64,000 nt of DNA from a bacterium (lineage in GTDB: Bacteria > Zhuqueibacterota > QNDG01 > JAGLOF01). The stretch is from contig JAFGRY010000049.1 of NCBI GenBank assembly GCA_016934955.1, positions 61,503 to 125,502 of the forward strand. The letters run 5' to 3'. The position numbers and the translations under genes are program-made. This document shows, piece after piece, positions 59,513 to 64,000 of this stretch (the first letter of the stretch is position 1; every line of letters begins with the position of its first letter). The notes beneath the pieces are model-generated. The model saw only the letters and a list, made by a program, of their open reading frames with translations. It ran no database searches and had not been told where the DNA came from.

Positions 59513-59857
59513 TTATTTGCAGGCCTTGACAATTTCATCGAAGGCGACCGGATCGGAAACCGCCAGATCCGCAAGCACTTTGCGGTCGAGTCTGATGTTC
59601 TTCTGATCAAGCAGATTGATGAACCGGGAATAGTTGAGGCCGTGTACACGAACGGCCGCGTTTATTCTCGTGATCCAGAGCTTGCGGAACTCACGTTTTT
59701 TAACGCGCCTGTCCCGGTAGGCGTACCGCATCGACCGCTCGACTGTTTCTTTGGCGGTTTTCAGGAGTTTGCTCTTCCCTCCCCGGTATCCTTTTGCTGC
59801 ATGTAATATTTTTTTGCGTCGCTTTCTGGACGCTACGGCATTTTTTGCTCTTGGCAT
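59513..59857 (-). CDS. rplT: 50S ribosomal protein L20
   Basis: [26 protein letters not shown]... Confidence 0.95.
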   Translation of the reverse strand: MPRAKNAVASRKRRKKILHAAKGYRGGKSKLLKTAKETVERSMRYAYRDRRVKKREFRKLWITRINAAVRVHGLNYSRFINLLDQKNIRLDRKVLADLAVSDPVAFDEIVKACK

Positions 59858-59888
59858 GTATACCCTCTTTTCTTACTCACAGAACCGT

Positions 59889-60086
59889 TCAGCCGATGCC
59901 GAGCATCCGTTTAACACGTCTTTCCTGGGTTTCGGAAACCAGATCGGCTTTTCTCAATTTTCTTTTCCGCTTTGGCGATTTCTTCGTCAGAATGTGGCTC
60001 TTGTAGGCCTTGTTCCGCTTTATCTTTTTCTTGGCGGTCAGCCTGAACCGTTTCGCCGCGCCTCTTTTAGTACGAATTTTAGGCAT
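59889..60086 (-). CDS. rpmI: 50S ribosomal protein L35
   Basis: [31 protein letters not shown]... Confidence 0.95.
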   Translation of the reverse strand: MPKIRTKRGAAKRFRLTAKKKIKRNKAYKSHILTKKSPKRKRKLRKADLVSETQERRVKRMLGIG

Positions 60087-60095
60087 AGGTGCTCC

Positions 60096-60605
60096 TTATT
60101 TGGGAACAAAAAAGGCCACCAGACTGCGTCCTTCCCGGGAAGGCATCCCTTCCAGTTTGGCGATCTCTTCAAGTTCCTGCTGTACTCTTTTCAATACTGC
60201 TTCTCCAAGTTCGGGATGCGCTATCTGCCGCCCCCGGAACAGTATACGAATTTTTAAATGATTTCCGGCACTGATGAATTTCTTGGCATGGTTCATCTTG
60301 AACTCGATGTCGTGCTCATCAATGGTCGGACGCAAACGAATCTCTTTTATATGGATAACGTGCTGTTTCTTTTTGCTTTCTTTATCTTTCTTGCTCTGCT
60401 GGTACTTGAATTTGCCGTAATTCATGATCCGGCATACAGGAGGACTGGCATTGGCGGCGATCTCCACAAGGTCAAGATCTTTCTTTTCTGCTTCCTCGAG
60501 TGCCTTGTCGAGACTGACCACCCCTATCTGAGAACCATCGACATCGATCAGCCGCACCTCTTTGGCGACTATTTCTTCGTTGATTCTAACGTCATCCTTT
60601 TTAAT
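60096..60605 (-). CDS. infC: Translation initiation factor IF-3 with non-canonical ATT start codon
   Basis: IKKDDVRINEEIVAKEVRLIDVDGSQIGVVS is in frame upstream of the track's GTG (60557). ATT (minus strand, 60603-60605) lies 7 nt after AAGGAGGG. AUU-initiated infC is the classical autoregulatory arrangement. Confidence 0.85.
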   Translation of the reverse strand: MKKDDVRINEEIVAKEVRLIDVDGSQIGVVSLDKALEEAEKKDLDLVEIAANASPPVCRIMNYGKFKYQQSKKDKESKKKQHVIHIKEIRLRPTIDEHDIEFKMNHAKKFISAGNHLKIRILFRGRQIAHPELGEAVLKRVQQELEEIAKLEGMPSREGRSLVAFFVPK

Positions 60606-62520
60606 TGTTATCCCTCCTTACAATAAGTTCAAGAATCCAGTCCAGGAACGCAGCCGTTTCCATGGACCCGAGATTTCCCTGTTTTCGTCTGCGCACGGAT
60701 ACCGTTCCCCCCTCGACCTCCTCGTCACCTATGACGCAGACAAAGGGTATTTTCTTTTTTTCCGCTTCCCGTATTTTAAAACCAACCTTTTCATTGCGGT
60801 CATCGAGCCGGCAGCGTATTCCCGAGCCGGTCAGCTGCTGCATCACGTTCAGCGCATACTCATGGTGGCGGTCGGTGATCGGCATCAGCAGGCACTGTAC
60901 CGGGGCCAGCCATATCGGAAAGGCGCCGCCGTAATGCTCAACGAGAATGCCGAAAAACCGTTCCACCGATCCGAGAATCGCCCGGTGGATCATCACCGGC
61001 ACATGCCGTTCGCCATCGGCGCCCACGTATTCCAGTTCGAACCGTTCCGGCATGGAGAAATCGACCTGGATCGTGCCGCACTGCCAGGACCTGCCCACGG
61101 AATCCTCGATATGAAAATCGATCTTGGGCCCGTAGAAGGCACCGTCGCCGGCATTGACCTGGAAAGAGACTCCTTTACGGTTGAGGGCGTTTGCCAGAGC
61201 GTTTTCCGCCCGCTCCCACATATCGTCACTGCCGATGGATTTCGCGGGTCTCGTCGACATTTCGAGACTGATAGAGGTGAATCCGAATGTGGCATACACC
61301 TCACTCACAAGATCGATCAGCTTGACTATCTCGTCTTCCATCTGATCGGGCGTGCAGAACACGTGCGCATCATCCTGGGTGAAATAGCGGACACGAAACA
61401 GACCGTGGAGCACTCCGGATTTTTCATGACGGTGAACGCCCCCCATTTCCGAGAGCTTGAGCGGAAGATCCCGGTACGAGTGCAGGGAGTTTTTATAAAT
61501 GAGCAGACTGCCCGGACAGTTCATCGGTTTCACTGCGTAGGTCTGCTCGTCAATAGATGTAAAATACATGTTTTCTTTATAATTATCCCAATGACCGCTT
61601 CGATGCCAGAGACGTTCGTTGAGAATCATCGGAGTCTTCACTTCTCCGTACCCGTGTCTGATCAGAGTGGTCCGCATATAGTCCATGATGCCGTTGTAGA
61701 TGACCATGCCGTCCGGGTGCCAGAAGGGAAATCCCGGGCCTTCCTGCTGAAAACTGAAGAGGTCAAGCTCTTTCCCCAGTTTCCGGTGGTCGCGTTTCTT
61801 CGCCTCTTCCAGTGCGTGCAGATACTGCTTCAGCTGCTTTGCATCGGGGTAGGCGGTGCCGTAGATTCGCTGCATTACCGGATTGTTTTCATTGCCGTGC
61901 CAGTAGGCTCCCGCCACACTGAGCAGGGTGATGTGCTGAACGACTCCGGTGGAAAAAACATGAGGTCCGCGGCAGAGGTCGGTGAACAGACCGTCGTTAC
62001 TGAATGTGGAAATGGTCTCGTCCCCGAGATCCCGAATCAGTTCCAGCTTGAATGATTCATGCAGATTCGTAAAGAGAGCCTCAGCCTCTTCCCTGGGCAG
62101 TACGGTTTTTGTAAAGGGAATATCCCGTTCGATGATCTCCCGCATTTTTTCTTCAATGCGCGGCAGATCATCGTTGGAGAGTTTGTCGGGCATGGAGAAA
62201 TCGTAGTAAAACCCGTTGGAAATGGCGGGACCGATTCCGAGCTGAACATCCCCGTACAGTTCCTTGACAGCGGCTGCCATAATATGAGACGCACTGTGCC
62301 AGAAGACCTCCCTCCCCTCGGGATCATCAAACGTCACGATCTCGAGATCGGTGTCTTCCGACAGCCTTTCATATAAACCAGCCAGCTTTCCGTTGATTTT
62401 TACTGCAACTGCCTTCTTGTGGACTTTGGGAAGTTCGGTTCTCAGTAAATCATGTATAACTATGTTGGAATCAGTGGCTATCTCATTGTTTTTATTTACT
62501 GTAACTTTTATTTTTTTCAC
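60601..62520 (-). CDS. thrS: Threonine--tRNA ligase
   Basis: GTG start. TGS, editing and class II core domains (FWHPDGMVIYN, GFPFW). 639 aa. Confidence 0.95.
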   Translation of the reverse strand: MKKIKVTVNKNNEIATDSNIVIHDLLRTELPKVHKKAVAVKINGKLAGLYERLSEDTDLEIVTFDDPEGREVFWHSASHIMAAAVKELYGDVQLGIGPAISNGFYYDFSMPDKLSNDDLPRIEEKMREIIERDIPFTKTVLPREEAEALFTNLHESFKLELIRDLGDETISTFSNDGLFTDLCRGPHVFSTGVVQHITLLSVAGAYWHGNENNPVMQRIYGTAYPDAKQLKQYLHALEEAKKRDHRKLGKELDLFSFQQEGPGFPFWHPDGMVIYNGIMDYMRTTLIRHGYGEVKTPMILNERLWHRSGHWDNYKENMYFTSIDEQTYAVKPMNCPGSLLIYKNSLHSYRDLPLKLSEMGGVHRHEKSGVLHGLFRVRYFTQDDAHVFCTPDQMEDEIVKLIDLVSEVYATFGFTSISLEMSTRPAKSIGSDDMWERAENALANALNRKGVSFQVNAGDGAFYGPKIDFHIEDSVGRSWQCGTIQVDFSMPERFELEYVGADGERHVPVMIHRAILGSVERFFGILVEHYGGAFPIWLAPVQCLLMPITDRHHEYALNVMQQLTGSGIRCRLDDRNEKVGFKIREAEKKKIPFVCVIGDEEVEGGTVSVRRRKQGNLGSMETAAFLDWILELIVRRDNN

Positions 62521-62572
62521 AACAGCTCGAATTTATTTAAGTGGCCCGAGTACCGAAAAAAAAAAGGATTTG

Positions 62573-62646
62573 TGGGCGATACTGGAATTGAACCAGTGAC
62601 CTCTTGCATGTCAAGCAAGCACTCTAACCATCTGAGCTAATCGCCC
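62573..62646 (-). tRNA. tRNA-Val (anticodon GAC), CCA not encoded
   Basis: Minus-strand sequence GGGCGATTAGCTCAGATGGTTAGAGTGCTTGCTTGACATGCAAGAGGTCACTGGTTCAATTCCAGTATCGCCCA folds as a cloverleaf with a 7-bp acceptor stem GGGCGAT/ATCGCCC, anticodon stem CTTGC/GCAAG and loop TTGACAT, and a T-arm GGTTCAATTCC. It is followed by T10. Confidence 0.85.
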
Positions 62647-62661
62647 CAAATTCACGCTAAA

Positions 62662-62690
62662 AAGGTAAGATGAATTTCGTTAAAAGTCAA
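62662..62690 (-). promoter_or_regulatory. Sigma70-like promoter (TTGACT-N17-TACCTT) for tRNA-Val/thrS
   Basis: On the minus strand, TTGACT (62690-62685), 17-nt spacer, TACCTT (62667-62662), about 15 nt upstream of the tRNA 5' end. Confidence 0.45.
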
Positions 62691-62750
62691 GAAAAATTTG
62701 GAAGATAGGATGCCTTATTACGGGTAAAAACCGGTTTGCCGGCAAGGGCT

Positions 62751-64000
62751 CTAGGCGGTCTGCTCCTTGAGCTCACGCAGCCTGTCGGCGATATATCCTG
62801 TCTCTCCCCGGCCGTCACTCTGGTTGTCGATGAGGTCGATGACCATTTCCATTGCCAGGGTAACCGAATCGAGCACGGTTTTGGAGATTTTTAATTCCCG
62901 CGCCTGTACGGCGGTGATAATGTCGTCGATCGCCTCCAGCAGCGCCTTTATTTCATCGAATCCGAACATCTGGGCCGAAGCCAGCAGGAGCTTGCAGGCC
63001 TGTTTGGCATCGATGAGCGCCTTCCTGTTTTCCCCGTCCTGCCTCAGCACATGCAGCGCCCGATCGAATTTTTTCAGGTCGCCGGCAGCTTCCTCCTTGA
63101 GTATTTTATAGAAAACCGGTGATATCTGATCCTGATATCCCTGTCTCTTCTTGGGGGCGGTAATTTCCGTACCGGTGGCCATGATCGAGTCTTTGATATC
63201 GAAAATACTGTTCCGGGCTGCAGCCGCCTCCTCCGCGGCCGACGTGTCCGCGAATATCACCGCTCCCGCGGATTCCATCTGAACCCGTTTCGGGGTCTCC
63301 GGATCCTTCAGACCGCTGGCGATGATGATGACCTTCAGATGCTGTCGCAGATGTTTTTTAATGTCCACGCCCCAGATGATGCGGGCATGAGGATCGAGCA
63401 TCCGGGCAATACTTGAGATGACGTTACGCGCTTCGCTCAATGTCAGTCCGGCCCCCCCGGTCACATGCACGATGGCGCTTTGAGCGCCCCGTATATTCTG
63501 ATCCATCATGGGGTGGGAAACCGCCCTGCGGACCGCTTCCTCGACCCGGTTCTCCGAATCGCTTTCCCCAATGCCGATCACCGTATTGGGTCCGTCCCTG
63601 AGCACCATGGAAATATCGGCAAAATCGAGGTTGATGACACCGGTTTCCAGAATCAGGCTTGACATACTGACGACGATATTCTGAAGAATTCTGTCTCCCT
63701 CCTGAAACGCATCGCCGAGGGCCAGGTCGGTATACAGCTCTGCCAGCCGGTCGTTTCTGAGAACAACCAGTGTGTCAACTTTCCTGCGGATTTTATCGAG
63801 ACCGATCTGGGCGTTCTCCCAGCGGATCAGCCCCTCTTCTGAAAAAGGCATGGTGACCACCGCGACCGTCAGAATGCCGAGATCTCTGGCAATATGGCTG
63901 ATAACGGGGATGGCGCCGGTTCCGGTGCCGCCGCCGAGTCCGCAGGTCATGATGAGCAGGTCGGTATCGGCAATGAGCGACTTGATCGAATCCCGGTTCT
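62751..64000 (-). CDS. ftsZ: FtsZ/tubulin-family GTPase (5' end outside the window) with atypical ~175-aa structured C-terminal extension
   Basis: GLGGGTGTGAIPVISHIAR (tubulin signature), TMPFSEEG, T7 loop GVINLDFADISMVL, GESDSENRVEEAVRRAVSHPMM...VHVTGGAGLTLSEA all match FtsZ. The C-terminus lacks the usual FtsA-binding peptide and ends ...IADRLRELKEQTA. The reading frame continues past coordinate 64000. Confidence 0.75.
   Translation of the reverse strand, partial: NRDSIKSLIADTDLLIMTCGLGGGTGTGAIPVISHIARDLGILTVAVVTMPFSEEGLIRWENAQIGLDKIRRKVDTLVVLRNDRLAELYTDLALGDAFQEGDRILQNIVVSMSSLILETGVINLDFADISMVLRDGPNTVIGIGESDSENRVEEAVRRAVSHPMMDQNIRGAQSAIVHVTGGAGLTLSEARNVISSIARMLDPHARIIWGVDIKKHLRQHLKVIIIASGLKDPETPKRVQMESAGAVIFADTSAAEEAAAARNSIFDIKDSIMATGTEITAPKKRQGYQDQISPVFYKILKEEAAGDLKKFDRALHVLRQDGENRKALIDAKQACKLLLASAQMFGFDEIKALLEAIDDIITAVQARELKISKTVLDSVTLAMEMVIDLIDNQSDGRGETGYIADRLRELKEQTA

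Noticed and set aside
60562-62055. 497-aa + strand ORF antisense to thrS
   Set aside because: Shadow ORF opposite a highly conserved aminoacyl-tRNA synthetase.
1-64000. CRISPR arrays, IS elements, prophage genes, toxin-antitoxin pairs
   Set aside because: No spaced direct repeats, transposase/integrase/recombinase motifs, or phage structural genes were seen. Recurrent YPNPFN-coding segments are T9SS CTDs of separate genes, not a repeat array.

Overview
This is a high-GC (about 58-60% by eye) bacterial chromosomal segment with very dense coding. Genes from 1 to 48.3 kb are almost all on the + strand; 48.4-64 kb is one collinear minus-strand block. Four proteins carry a T9SS C-terminal sorting domain and one is a PorV/PorQ-family barrel, which points to a type IX secretion organism, probably FCB-superphylum. 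No CRISPR array, transposase, integrase or rRNA was seen; there is one tRNA-Val.

Contents in order:
1. 1-7.8 kb: operon of a TonB-dependent receptor (5' partial), three T9SS-CTD cargo proteins (an unknown FN3-containing protein, an M28 peptidase, an FG-GAP protein) and an embedded PorV/PorQ-family barrel.
2. 8.2-23.2 kb: sulfated-glycan utilisation locus. It holds a Tat-exported Gfo/Idh/MocA oxidoreductase, a GH106-like lipoprotein, a GH95 fucosidase, two Tat-exported sulfatases and a GH78 rhamnosidase. A 2.8-kb strongly AT-rich insertion (16.47-19.27 kb) sits between the sulfatases and encodes an 801-aa membrane-embedded spermidine-synthase-like protein.
3. 23.4-27.7 kb: lipoprotein with a caspase/gingipain-like His/Cys pattern, an 86-aa two-TM protein, a T9SS beta-helix protein, and a cytoplasmic M15-like peptidase.
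4. 27.8-32.9 kb: CN-hydrolase, RtcB, ExbD and PanC as one unit; convergent TauE/SafE permease; HAD hydrolase.
5. 32.9-37.1 kb: hybrid REC-PAS-HK-REC sensor translationally coupled to an arylamine N-acetyltransferase and a DUF4416 protein.
6. 37.1-43.97 kb: consensus sigma70-like promoter and PyrR attenuator leader, then pyrR-pyrB-pyrC, rplM-rpsI, and rpsB-tsf-pyrH-frr.
7. 43.98-48.3 kb: NHL-repeat protein plus a 1137-aa putative outer-membrane barrel.
8. Minus block 48.4-64 kb: glycerate kinase, TPR protein, proS, ymdB-like, rny, zapA, zapB, pheT, pheS, rplT, rpmI, infC (ATT start), thrS, tRNA-Val, and a 5'-partial FtsZ-family gene with an atypical C-terminal extension.

Many long antisense ORFs in the six-frame track are GC-driven shadows and were rejected.
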